From contig CAWEOV010000024.1 in NCBI GenBank assembly GCA_963810765.1, positions 345,906 through 409,905 of the forward strand: a DNA stretch of 64,000 nucleotides. The letters run 5' to 3'. Numbering within the stretch: position 1 is the first letter of the stretch; each line of letters opens with the position of its first letter. A program made the position numbers and the translations under genes. Of this stretch, positions 9,110 to 20,755 are shown one piece after another. The notes below the pieces were generated by a model that had not been told where the DNA came from, did no database searches, and saw only the letters and a list, made by a program, of their open reading frames with translations. The DNA comes from an uncultured Verrucomicrobiae bacterium. Lineage in GTDB: Bacteria > Verrucomicrobiota > Verrucomicrobiia > Chthoniobacterales > Terrimicrobiaceae.

Positions 9110-10777
9110 GTGGGACTGGTTGCACTGTTATTTGTTATCGGGATGGGCACCGCCGTGGCAATCGAACCGGCGCGGTTCGCGGCGATGTATGACGACCCTG
9201 CGGTCTTTGAACATGCGCTCGCGAAAGAATCCGTCGCGCCGCCCGCCGGCCATCGCGTAACTGGGATCACCGTTCCGCACCACCTTGTGGCAGCGGACTT
9301 GATCGCCCGCGGCTTTTATGGCGCTTCAGGCAGCAACTACGAGCGGATCATTCTCCTTTCGCCCGACCATTTTAGGCGGTCGCGCCTGCCATTTGCGACG
9401 ACACACGGAACGTTCGAGACTGTCTTCGGTGATGTCGCGTGCGATGAGGTCGCAGTCGATTTGCTTTTGACAGCGTGTCATAAGGCCGAGGAGTCACGTC
9501 TCTTCGCAAAGGAGCACGGAGTGCACGCAGTGCTTCCCTTCGTCGCGAGGTTCTTTCCGAAAGCGAAGATTGTTCCAATCGCTTTGCGTATTGACTCGAA
9601 ACGCGAGGACTGGCTCGCGCTCGTGGACGCACTGACGCCCCTTGTCGATTCGAAGACGCTGATCGTCCAGTCTACCGATTTCTCACATTACCTCGATCAC
9701 GGCAAGGCGCGGCGTTGCGACCAGCAGACGATGAACGCACTTGCGCTTGGCGATCCTGAAGCGGTCACCCGCCTGCGCCAGCCCACTCACCTCGACTCGA
9801 AAGCCGCACAATTTGTCCATATGGCCTTGCAGCGACGTGTTCACAACGCAAGCCCGATCGTGATCGCCAACCGGAACTCCCAAGCTTATACAAGATTTCG
9901 TCTGGAACAAACCACTAGCTACATCATCCAGGTTTATGAGCCAGACGACCCGCCACCAGCGGCTTGGCCGTCCGGGCCGCGGGAATCCGTATGGTTTTTT
10001 GCAGGTGACGCATTTTTCGGCCGGGGTGTAGCTTCACTGCTTGCACAGCCGAGCCGCGCAGAAGCCGTGCGGAAGGAAGTCATGCGCATCACGCAGGAAT
10101 ATCCGCTGGCGGTGAATCTCGAAGGCGTAATCGTCAATTCTGTGCCGGACCCAAATCGCGTGAAGCGCGCGCTCGTCATGGAGAAGGAATTTACCCTTGG
10201 CTGGCTCAGGGCACTGAACGTCAAGCTTGCGGGTGTTGCGAACAACCACTCTCTCGATGGGGGAGAGGCGGGACTCGAACGAACCGTTCGCGCCCTTGCA
10301 TCTGCAGGCATCGCTTCGGTGCGTGATGGAGAGGTAATCGATGCCGGTCCGTTTCGCGCCGTCGCGATGACGGACCTCAGCAACGTTTCAACGCCGCACA
10401 CAGGCCGGATCACGCAGGAGGCTATCGCGCGACTGCCGCAACCGGAAGCGGACGTGAGGCCGTTGTTGGCCCTTGTCCACTGGGGGACTGAATTCCGGCG
10501 CGAGGCGACGCCGAGGCAAATCGAAGTGATGGATTGGCTAACAGATAGCCCCGTGACGGCGATATTCGGCGCTCACCCGCATGTGGATTCAGGCAGGCCC
10601 GAACCGTGGCGCGCCGGCAACGGGCTGGTCTGTCGCTCGCTTGGCAACTTCCTATTTGATCAGATAAACGGCTCCGGGGCACTCGCCGAAGTGAGGTTTT
10701 TCGAAGATAAGACGTTTGCTGTTCGATGGATTCCGGTTAGAAATCTCCTCAAGGCTGCTCCTACAGGTCCTCGATGA
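9110..10777 (+). CDS. fusion protein: Memo/AmmeMemoRadiSam-B-like N-domain plus CapA-family (PGA_cap metallophosphatase-like) C-domain
   Basis: N-half has ITVPHH, EHGVHAVLPF and STDFSHYL (Memo-type motifs). C-half has FAGDAFFGRG, VNLEG, VANNHSLDGGEAGLERT, VHWGTEF and FGAHPH (CapA-type motifs). Confidence 0.72.
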   Translation: MGLVALLFVIGMGTAVAIEPARFAAMYDDPAVFEHALAKESVAPPAGHRVTGITVPHHLVAADLIARGFYGASGSNYERIILLSPDHFRRSRLPFATTHGTFETVFGDVACDEVAVDLLLTACHKAEESRLFAKEHGVHAVLPFVARFFPKAKIVPIALRIDSKREDWLALVDALTPLVDSKTLIVQSTDFSHYLDHGKARRCDQQTMNALALGDPEAVTRLRQPTHLDSKAAQFVHMALQRRVHNASPIVIANRNSQAYTRFRLEQTTSYIIQVYEPDDPPPAAWPSGPRESVWFFAGDAFFGRGVASLLAQPSRAEAVRKEVMRITQEYPLAVNLEGVIVNSVPDPNRVKRALVMEKEFTLGWLRALNVKLAGVANNHSLDGGEAGLERTVRALASAGIASVRDGEVIDAGPFRAVAMTDLSNVSTPHTGRITQEAIARLPQPEADVRPLLALVHWGTEFRREATPRQIEVMDWLTDSPVTAIFGAHPHVDSGRPEPWRAGNGLVCRSLGNFLFDQINGSGALAEVRFFEDKTFAVRWIPVRNLLKAAPTGPR

Positions 10778-12429
10778 CGTAGGCCTCCTTCCACGAAAAC
10801 TTCCCTGGCACGAGAAAGTGCATTCGGCAACGCGTCGAGATGATCTCGCGACGGTCCGCAGTGGTCAGTCGAATTCGAAAGTTCTGGTAGCTTGAGACCT
10901 CGCTTGCGACCTGAAGCGTAAACCGGTCGTTCGCTCCGGGGGCCACTGTCCGCTTATAGGTGAAGGGCACGACATAGTCCTTTCCTTCGGTTCTCAAAAA
11001 AAGATCGTATTTTCCCGATGATGGCCCTCCTCCCGCCCCAAACTCCGGCCAGAACATGCTGAAGCACTTCACAAGGTGAAACTTCACACGCTTCATCTGC
11101 TTCAAACCAAAATAGTCCGTCCACGCGAGTCGGAATTCGCCCGCTACCAGGCCATACGCTGAGAATTGCTCGCCATCCGACACTACCAGGTTTGGTAATT
11201 TTCTCATTTCGCGCTTCGCGCGGAGCGCAACCGATTCTCGTGAGGGATCGTCGTCCTTTAGGCGTTCGATCGCCGCAATGGCGTCCGCGTCAATTCCGAG
11301 CGTTACCATTGCCCGCGCGAGAGAGAAGGTTGCACGCTCTGAGAACGACCCCAGCTTCTCCAGGAATTGGTAGTCCTCAAAGTTCGGTTTGGCATCGCGA
11401 GGGAGGATATTGAAGGCAACCTCGCAGTCATCTACTCGCCCTGAGCCAAAACTCACGATTTCACAGGTCACACCGCCGTGGAAGTAACTTGCATCCGCAA
11501 GTCCCAGAATCGGTTCAAAATCAGGAACGCTTTCCTCGACGACCGCCTCCGCTTGGTGAATCACCAGCTTTTCGCGTCCAGGGTTGAAGATACGGATGTC
11601 GAGAAAAACGGGAAAGACTCCGACATCAAAACTCTTGACCTCGCCCGATTCGGATTCGCCGATGACCGGTCCTCCTTTTGACCATGCAACCCAATAGGGC
11701 CAAGTGGGTTCTATCACGAGGATGTCGTCCATGAAGCGGCCGCCGTAGGTCATGAAAGATTGGTCGCCCGCTCCAATACCTTCGCTTCTGGAAAGGATAT
11801 TCCCATCGAGCGCATAGCGGCGCACATCCACGCCGAGAATCACGTACGGCGCTGCAGGAACAGGAGCGCCGCGGGGATTGGTGTCCTTGCCCGCCTTCCA
11901 GGTCGAGTTATAGCGGCGGCCATCCGGGTAAATCACGAGACCAGGACCGTCTCGCTCATCGGCAACGAAAGCTCCTTCGAAGACGGCCCCATCCGCGGAG
12001 ACATACCTGCCTGGCCCCTGCATGAGATCGTTCTGAAACGAGCCGCTATAGTAATCGCCGCTTGCGTACCAGGTACTCACCCTTCCCTTCCTTCACATTA
12101 TCGTGCCACTGCCCTGAGTATTTCGCCCCGCTGCGGTAGAGCGCAACACCCGCGCCGTGGCGCCGACCCGATTTCATTTCGCCTGAATAGACGACGATCG
12201 ATTCCTTCCGCTTTTGTGTGGGCTTGAACCATTCCAAGACGCCATTGCCCTCGGCTTCGTGACGGGAATTCACTTTGCCGGACCACGAAAAATCCAGTCC
12301 TCTCTCCCTCTCGGAGGCCCAGACGCGAACTTCCTCATCGAATTCAGATGCGGGATGGACCCTCCATTCCGCGCGAATCGACGCAAGTATGACAAAATAA
12401 ACAAGAGGTTGCAGGCGGCTAATTCTCAT
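10761..12429 (-). pseudogene. exported MORN-repeat protein, tandem paralogue 2, interrupted by a +1 frameshift
   Basis: ORFs 12046-12429 and 10761-12080 are collinear with the intact paralogue 12560-14239. The break is at GKGEY|WY.(S/N)GDYY, and alignment to the paralogue shows one extra G at about 12071-12072. Confidence 0.75.
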
Positions 12430-12559
12430 TCGAACGCATCGGTTGATGCTTTGCGAACAACGCTCTGATGATTGAGCGCCAAACGATTTCGATTGCTCCG
12501 GCTAGAGTTAGACTGAGCGAATAGGACGCCATTTCCGAGTATCGACAGCAACCGGATTA

Positions 12560-14239
12560 TTATTCCTCAATGACGTAACCTTCCTTCCACGAAAATTTAC
12601 GTGGCACGAGGAAGTGCATGCGGCATCGCGGCGAGATGATCTCGCGGCCGTCCGTCGTTGTCAACCGGATGCGGAAGCTCTGGTAAGTCGAGACTTCGCT
12701 GGCGAGTTGGAGCGTGAACCGGTCGTTCGCTCCGGAGGCAATGGTTCGCTTGTAGGCGAATGGCACCACGTAGTCCTTGCCTTCGGCTTTAAATAGAACT
12801 TCGTATTTCCCCGATGGCGATCCCTCTGCGGCCAACTCCGCCCAGAACAGGCAGAATTGCTTGTTAAACTGAAACTTCACGCGCTTCGTCTGCTTTGAAC
12901 CTAAATGGTCCGTCCATGCAATTCGGACTTCGCCTGCGACCAGGCCCGCGGCGGAAAATTGGCCGTCGTCCGATTCTACGAACTTTGGTAATTTCTTCAT
13001 CTCGCGGGTCGCGCGCGCAACCGATTCTCGTTTCGCCGCCGCCCGCTTCGCCTCTGCCTCCGCCTCTCGTGAGGGATCGTCGGAGAGATGTTCGATAGCC
13101 GCAATGGCGTCTGCGTCGATTCCGAGCGTTTGCAGCGCCCGCGCGAGCGAGAACGTCGCACGCTCTGAGAACGGTTCCAACTTTTCGATGAAATGATAAT
13201 TCGCAAACTCCGGCTTTGAATCGGGAGGCAGGATATTGAAGGCGATCTCGCAGTCATCCACGCGGCTCGAGCTAAAATTCACGATTTCGCAGGTCACTCC
13301 ACCGGGGTTCGAAGTCGCATCCTGGAGTCGCAGGATCGGTTCAAGGTCAGGAAAACTTTCCTCGACGACTGCTTCCGCTCTGCGAACTACCAGCTTTTCG
13401 CGGCCCGGGTTGAAAACGCGAATGTCGAGAAAGACCGGGAAGACTCCGATATGAAAATCCCGGGAGGCATCGTCTTTAGATACGACCGGCCCTCCCTTTG
13501 ACCATGCGACCCAAAACGGCCAATCCGGTTCGATCACGAAGTCTCCATCCGTCCAGCGGCCGCGGTACGTCAAGTAGTATTCGTCGCCACTTCCTGAGAG
13601 GATCTTCCCATCTAGCGCATAGCGACGCACATCCACGCCAAGCATCACGTACGGCTTTGCAGGAACGGGAGCGCCGGCGGGATTGACATCCTTGCCCGCC
13701 GACCATGTCGACGCGTAGCGGCGGCCGTCCGGGTAAATCGCAACCCCGGGGCCGTCCCGCTCATCGGCCGCGAACGTTCCTTCGAAGACGGTTCCGTCCG
13801 CGGAAACGTATTTGCCGGGTCCATGCATAAGGTCGTTGTGAAACAAACCGGCGTAGTAATCGCCGTTCGAATACCAGTACTCTCCCTTGCCTTCTTTGAC
13901 GTTCTCGCTCCATTGGCCGGAGTATTTCGCCCCGCTGCGTTGAAGCGAAACGCCCGTGCCGTGGCGCCGGCCTGCTTTCACCTCGCCCGTGTAGATGACG
14001 CTCGAGGCCCGCTGATGGTCCTCGGTCTTAAACCATTCCAGAACGCCGTAGCCCTCGGCCTCGTGGCGCACATTCACTTTCCCGGACCACGAAAAATCCA
14101 ATCCCCGTTCCTTGTCGGACGCCCAGACGCGGACCTCCTCCTCGAATTCGGACGCTGGATGCACCTTCCAGTCCGCATGCGCCAGGGTGCAAAAAATCGC
14201 AAACGTTACAGAGTAACAGATAAGGCGGCCGATTTTCAT
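12560..14239 (-). CDS. exported MORN-repeat protein with ~400-aa C-terminal domain of unknown function, tandem paralogue 1
   Basis: Start chosen at ATG 14239 (MKIGRLICYSVTFAIFCTLAHA, signal-peptide-like), which overlaps the stop of the upstream WD40 gene (ATGA 14236-14239). MORN units are YSGQW..N.KEGKGEYWYSNGDYYAG.F.NDLMHGPGKY. Confidence 0.85.
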   Translation of the reverse strand: MKIGRLICYSVTFAIFCTLAHADWKVHPASEFEEEVRVWASDKERGLDFSWSGKVNVRHEAEGYGVLEWFKTEDHQRASSVIYTGEVKAGRRHGTGVSLQRSGAKYSGQWSENVKEGKGEYWYSNGDYYAGLFHNDLMHGPGKYVSADGTVFEGTFAADERDGPGVAIYPDGRRYASTWSAGKDVNPAGAPVPAKPYVMLGVDVRRYALDGKILSGSGDEYYLTYRGRWTDGDFVIEPDWPFWVAWSKGGPVVSKDDASRDFHIGVFPVFLDIRVFNPGREKLVVRRAEAVVEESFPDLEPILRLQDATSNPGGVTCEIVNFSSSRVDDCEIAFNILPPDSKPEFANYHFIEKLEPFSERATFSLARALQTLGIDADAIAAIEHLSDDPSREAEAEAKRAAAKRESVARATREMKKLPKFVESDDGQFSAAGLVAGEVRIAWTDHLGSKQTKRVKFQFNKQFCLFWAELAAEGSPSGKYEVLFKAEGKDYVVPFAYKRTIASGANDRFTLQLASEVSTYQSFRIRLTTTDGREIISPRCRMHFLVPRKFSWKEGYVIEE

Positions 14240-17200
14240 TGAGATCGTTGTACGGGATGGTTGGGGACGGCAAGGCCGATGATCTGGCGAGCACGCGACT
14301 TCCATTTTGTTTCGTCCAGATCGAGGATACGGACCGTTCCGTCCTCCGAAGCGGAGAAGATGCGGCCGCCGTTCCACGCAACGGCGGCGACCGGACCCTG
14401 GTGCAGAGGCACCGCGAGACTAGGAACGAGCCCGTCAGTCTCCCAGATGCGCAGGTAGCCGTCCGAACCGGCAGCGGTGATTTTCGAACCGTCCTCCGAA
14501 TTCGCCAGATCGTCCAGAGAGCCGCCGACCGGCAGCGTGCGCGCGAGCGCCGCGCCGGATCGCACGTCCCACAACCGCACCGTGCCGTCGCGTCCGCAGG
14601 ACCCGAGGATCTTTCCGCCAGGCAGAAACGCGAGGCTCGAAACGCCGTCTCCGTGCCCTTGGCTGGCCTCCCGAGGAATTTTCAAGCCCGGCTCCGCGCC
14701 GCCCGCAACGTTCCAAAGCCAGATCTCGCCGCGCGTCGACCCCGCCGCAAGCGTTGCGCCGTCCGAACTCCATGCCAGCCCGAGCGCGTAATCCGGCATC
14801 CTTCCAATGAGCCGCGGCGACGCATTGCTATCCGGTTCCCAAACCTGCACGGCGCCGGTGTGACTGGATGATGCCAGCTCTTTACCGTCTTGCGACCAGC
14901 GCACGCGCCAGACGGTCTGGTCGTTCGCCGCTCCGGGCTCGCCGGGTTTCACGGATCGAACGGGATCGCGCGCCGCGCGCTGCCAGAGATGAATGTCGCC
15001 AGCCTCGTTACCGGAAGCAACTCTCTCCTGCCCGCGCTGCCACGCTAGGCAGAGAACGCGGCTGCCAGCGTGCCAGATTGTGCTGTTGGTGTTGTTCCCG
15101 GCATCCCAGGTGAAAATGTCGCCATGCTCGGAGCCTGCGGCGATTCGCATTCCATCCTCGGAGACGGTGAGTGAATGCAGCGGCGCGCCTTTATCATACC
15201 TGATCACCGGACCGAATGCCGCTGAGGGCCGCCAGATGCAAACCGTTCCATCGTTGCCGCCTGAAGCGAGGTGGTTACCTTCCGCATTCCACGCGATAGA
15301 CAAGACCGGCCCCTTGTGCGCCAGAGTACTTCAGGCGGCGGCGCCTGCGCGTCCGGTGCACCAGAGATCGCCCAAATCCGAACCGTACCGTCAGCGCAGG
15401 CGGCGGCGAGGCTCTGACCATCCGGACTCCAAGCGAGGTCCTGAACCCCGCCCGGCACGTTTGACAAGTTGAAAGGTGCCGCGCCCCTTTTGAGAATGGT
15501 GATGTTTCCATCTGCGTCGCCCGCTGCCAGCATAGGTTCGCCTTGCTTACTCCATGCCAGGCAGCGAATGTTCGCCTGAGTTGCCTCCCGCAGCGGCTGA
15601 GTTCCTCCAGTGCTAGAAATCGCAAAGACGCTTCCCGCTTCAGTCGCCAATGCCAATGTTCCATCCGACGCAAAAGCCAGTGCCGTCACGCGTTCTCCAG
15701 AGGATACGGCTGGCGCCGTCTTCCCGGGATCATCGGCTGGTCCAATGAAAACCTCAACCTGCCTTGCCGCATCGACAAAAGCGACCCTTTGCCCGTCGGA
15801 GGAGACCGCGGCGAGGCGCATGGGTCTGCCCGTTCCAAGCGACTCAGTCGCGTTCACGCCTTGCCTTAGAGCAATAACCTTCCCGTCTTCGCGCTGCGCT
15901 AGCCAAGTGCCGTCCTGGCGGCGGGCGATGCAAAGGATGGTCGGAGCCTCCTCGCTATCGGGAACAAATGAAGGTCCGGAGGCCTCACGGCTCTTCGCAT
16001 CAAGAAGTCGAACGGAACCTCCCGCCGCGGCCGCCAGGACATCGTCCGGCCCAAATTCCAACTCCTGCACGGCGCCTTCAAATCCGGTAAAGGAGGTTTC
16101 CAGCTGCGGTGGCGCCTTGGCAAGGGCGGAAAGAAACGCAGATCGTGTCGTGAAATCTGGATGGGTCGAGAAAGCCCGTTCGAGCAAGTCCAGCGCAGGG
16201 CGGATTTCGCCCCGAGCGAGGTCAAGCGTGGCTTGGTGGACTTGAAAATAGGCATCGGCTTGCGCTCGGCGTTCTGCCGCGCGCTGGTTGGCCAAGATGG
16301 CGATCACACTGCCGATCACCGCCAGGCCAATCAGGAGCGCCGCAACGGTCCCGGCGATCAAGCGGTTGCGCTTGCGCCGCCGCGCGTCTTCGTTCGCATG
16401 ATGTTTTGAGGCTTGGATGAAGCCTGCGGATTCCGTAGCCAATGTTCGCCCGGTTTGGGAAAGCAGCCAGAGAGCATCATCGAGCGGTTTGCCAGGCTGG
16501 ATGAGATACGCCGGGTTCCGGCCTTCCTTTTCCCAAGTGGCGCAAGCCGCTTCGACACGGGCGCGCTGCTTCAGAAACTCCTGGTTGGTATCGAACCACG
16601 CCATCGCTCTTGGCCAGCGCGTAAGGAGGGCTTCGTGGGCGACCGAGACCGTCCGCCGGCCCGCTGCGTCCGTGTCCGAAACAAGCAGCCGCGCGGAAAG
16701 CATCGCCGAGACCAGCTTTTCCGCTTCAGGCGTCGGCGCGACCTCCTCGGACTGAGCGCGGCGCCGGATCGGGACCGTCGTCTCGCCGCGATCTGTCTTG
16801 AAGTTCACGAGCGCGGAAAGAACCGCGTCGACTGCCTTGTCCATTCCGGCGCCGGCTCCCGCACTCGCTACCGCTTCATCAGCTTTTGCGGCGACCACGC
16901 CCTCGATCCCGCGAAATTCCAGATAATCCTCCCAGCGCAGCATTCCATCGCCGCGAGCCTTCTGGCGTTTGTAGAGTTCTTCGAGCGCGAATTCCAGCAA
17001 CGGAAGAACCTGCGGATCGGCTGAGGCAGCGTCGCGAAGCGCTTCGTCGAGGCCTTGCTTGGTTTCGGGATGAGCATCGAACCTTAGTCCTGCAGCTCGC
17101 GCCGGGCGCCGGATGATCTGGCCGAGTTCAACCGGCGCTGGTGGAGGGAGATGATAGGAGCCCGTGCCCTCGGCGAGAGCTAGAAGTTGAGAGAACTCGG

Positions 17201-18547
17201 CCAGTCGTGGAAAAAAGTCGCTCCGCATCGTGACAATAACCACGACTGGATTGCGCCGGGAAAGCGCGGCGAGCATCTCGAGAAATGCGTCCCGCTTCTC
17301 CGTCGAAACCCCCTCCGTAAACAACTCTTCGAGCTGGTCGATCAGCAGAACGAGGCGAGCGACTGGCGGACGCAAATTTTGCAATCGAAGGCGCAGTGCC
17401 GCCGCGTCTTCGGGCCGGTTCTCTTCTTCGCGCTGTCGAACGAGAGCCTCGATATCCGACCGCTGGCGCGCTTGTTCGCGCTCGGACGCCACTCGCAGAC
17501 CACTTCTGATCTCCTCTGGAATAGCTGTGTAGTTGGCCTCGAGCGAATAGGGCGTGGTTCCGTGGCCGGTTAGCTCCGGCAGGGCGGATTCGGCCAGCAG
17601 CGCTTCGCGAGACCGAGGAGCACGTCACCGCCCGCATCGGAAGGCTTCATTATTGCCCGACGCCAAAGCCCTGCTGCCCTCGATGACTCCCGGCTCGGTA
17701 AGGACGGGAAGAACACCGGCTCGGGCCAGGGAGGATTTCCTGAACCCGAGGCCCCCAGCACCAAGAGAAAACTACGAGGATCGTCCTTGTCAGCCTGCGT
17801 CTTGCGGAGTGCTTCAATGGCAGTGCTGACCGCCCCAGTGCGTCCAAAGAACATCGGCGCGTGTTCGAAATCGAAAGGCTCGAGGCCACGAAATGGAGAA
17901 CCTTTCGTCCATGCGGGCTTCTCGGGCGGCGCAAGTGTTCCAGGCGAGACGGCCATCCGCCTTTCAGCGACCTTCCGTAGCTTGATCTCGAAGAGATCCT
18001 GAAATTCGGCGATGGTGTGATATGCGGTGAACGAACCGACGAACGAGCCGTCCTCACTGTCCTTTGTCCACTGCTCGATGAATCGTTTGAGGGCACGCCA
18101 TTGCGCGATGCGTTCGTCGTGGACCTCAGGCGGTTCCGGCTGAAACGATGGAATCGTCTGGTTGATCCAGACGTGCAGCTCGGGCAATCCGTTGCGCTCC
18201 TTCTGACTCGCGAGAGCATGGGTGATTTCGTATTCGGTGCCGGAATTAGCTGGGGAGCCGTTCGGAAGCCGCTGCGAGCCGCCAAGCCGCGAGCCGAGAC
18301 GCGACCAAAGCAAACAGAGGACGACGTCGAAAGTCGCTGTGTTCGGAATCTGCTCCTGAAACGATTTCGAGAAATCGAATGGCTCGTATTCCCAGAAATA
18401 CGCGTCGAGCACGATGCGACCGCTGAACTCCGCATTCAGCCTGGCGATCGCTTCGCGCGCGACCCGGCGTTCGTGAGCCACGTCTCCGGGACTACTCACA
18501 AAAAGTGATACCCTCGAGACATTCAGACTGTGTTTGTCTTCATCCAT
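14236..18547 (-). pseudogene. DUF4062-like domain - P-loop STAND NTPase - single TM helix - WD40 repeat protein, broken by at least 4 frameshifts
   Basis: Three collinear ORFs (17570-18547, 15204-17492, 14236-15303). N-domain is VSLFVSSPGDV...NSGTEYE. Walker A GASGSG(K) is broken near 17736-17738, with further frame changes near 17668-17680, 17600-17608 and 15318-15328. A TM helix LIAGTVAALLIGLAVIGSVIAIL (~16290-16360) follows RRRKRNR. WD40 blades include GTVRLWD and GTVRIWA. Confidence 0.75.
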
Positions 18548-18692
18548 AGCCAGGAGCCGACTGCCCTATTTCGTGCCTTCTAGCAAAAAAGCCAGGCCTT
18601 CGCCATCAAATCCTCCTCGTCCCCCGTGTCCTCGAATATTTCCAGTCCAATTCCGCCTCAATGGAATCGAACCCCTGATCGTCTTACAGCCG

Positions 18693-20733
18693 CTATTCGT
18701 TTTTACCGCGTGAACTCTGATGCGACGCCTCGATGAGCTTGTAGCGTTCGAGGTCCGCTCGTTTGAGTCCCTCGGGCCGGTAACGATGCACGACTCGATC
18801 GAGCATGACTTCGATCCCCGTGAAATCGCCGACCGGTTCAAAGACGGCGGGGTCTTCCAGGAGCGCAAAGACGCCAGGGAAGTCGATTTTCAAAGCTGTC
18901 GGAAAGCCGTTGTTAACGTAAAGAGGTACCCCTCGCTCGTCGGCTTCCCTCATCAAGGAGGCATATTGTTCAACGTGAGAGCCCGGCGGACTCTCGGATC
19001 GTAGACGTAGGGCGGCTGCGTGGTCGCCGCGGTGATGATTCTTAGATTCTTTGGCGCATTCGGGATCCAGACTTGGGCGTGTCGCGAGGACGGATTCGCG
19101 ATAGCGTTCCGCGCCCCACGTGAGCAAGAAATGCCGGGCGGGATGCGAGAGCACGGCGAAGGCGCAAACCAGCACAAAGGCGAGCAAGGGCCCCGCCCAT
19201 CGCGCGGAAGGAAATCTGCGCAGCGGTGAGAATGCCCAAAATGCCCCGGCCGCAACCATGACCGCCACACCCTGCAGCATGAAGCCGACGTACCATTCCA
19301 TGAGCATCTTGTGTCGAAGCACTGCGTAGCCATAAGTCAGGATTCCCGGGAAGATGAGGACGGCAACGAGCCAGCGTGCTCGGGGTTCGACGATCCACAA
19401 GCGGAAGATTCCCAACGCGAAGAGGCCCACAGCAAGAACAACGGCAATGCGAGAAGGCGACCGGATGCGCGTTCGCATGGGGAAGATATTCCATGTAGGG
19501 CGTGGCCGACAGGCCGCTCCTGGTCCAAAGGCTTCCCGTAAGAAACAGAGAACCGACGTTCTTCAGGAAAAACGCGTGCCCGTCAAAATCGCGCACGCTT
19601 CTCAAATAGCTAAGAAGGCCCGGCACACACGGCAGGAACAACTGCAGGAACACGATCCCTGCGAAGGTCCCTGAAACCAGCCATCGCAGAGTGAGGACGT
19701 TCCGCGCGGACGAGAATCGTTCCTCCGTGAAAAGACTGACCACGATGCAGACGTTCAGGATCAGGACCGTGAATAGGGTCGGCGGCCAGGTGTAGAGAAG
19801 AGCAAAATTCGCCATCGCAAGCGCGATCCACCACCTCCATCGTCCTCTATCCAACGCATAGACGGCCAAAAGGCAGCTGACGGGGATCAACAGTGCTACC
19901 AATGCGTAACCTCGCGCTTCGGTTGTGAATCGCAGGTGCCAAGGGTGAATGGCAATGAGCCAGGCCGCCAGCGCACCCTCCCACGCAAGGCCGAAGCGCG
20001 CAGCCAGTAAAGCGACCACGCCCACGAGGAGGATTCCCGACACGTAACTGGGCAAACGGGCTGCGGCCTCGCTGAGTTGCAGCCCGGTGGGCCGCGCCAT
20101 GGTCCTCCAGGCAGAGTGACTCAATCGCGAAAGGATGCTTTGAAATATGTGATTGGTCGTCCCAGAGTTCCAGAGCGTAACTTTCCACGGCAGTTTCTTA
20201 ACCACGACTGTCCCGTCGTCTTGGACGCGATGTGCTCCAACGCTGCAGCGGCGCACGCAATATTCCTCGTCCTCCCAAAGGCTCTGGCCCAGCCGGGGAA
20301 ATCCCAGGATCGCGCATGCGGCCATTGCTCCGCCAACGCAGAGGAAGAATCCTTTCGGAAGCCTGGGCGAGGATTTTTCAGAAGAGTGCGCCGGCAACGG
20401 CCGCGTCCACCACCCAGTCGTCAGCGCCAGGCAAGCCAGCGGAACGAGATTAATGAGCCCGGCCCACCAGGAATAGACTCGGACAAAGTCCTCCAACTTG
20501 CCAAGCTGCGGATGCTCCCAGGGCTTCGGAGCAAGCAGCAGAGCAATCGCAACGAAGGCCATCAGCGCCAGGAGGATGAGTCGCGTGACCAGCGCAAATC
20601 GACTTCGCTCAGGTTTCGTCTTCACCGCAAGCATTGGGGGCAATACATTCTTCTCTAAATGCTTCGACATGTCAGCGGGGAAAGTACCAACGATGCACTG
20701 AATGAAAAGCGGAACGGCTCGGCGCAATGACAC
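18693..20733 (-). CDS. GT-C-type (GT39/ArnT-like) polytopic membrane glycosyltransferase, probable frameshift near 19479-19482
   Basis: The first-loop motif GFPRLGQSLWEDEEY is typical of GT39/PMT_2 proteins. After ...PYMEYLPH the 563-aa frame turns into Arg/Cys-rich nonsense, while the +1 frame (ORF 18693-19478) continues with TM helices. The junction is at a GGGG run. Confidence 0.55.
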
Positions 20734-20755
20734 TTCCTCTAGGAACCGAACCGGC

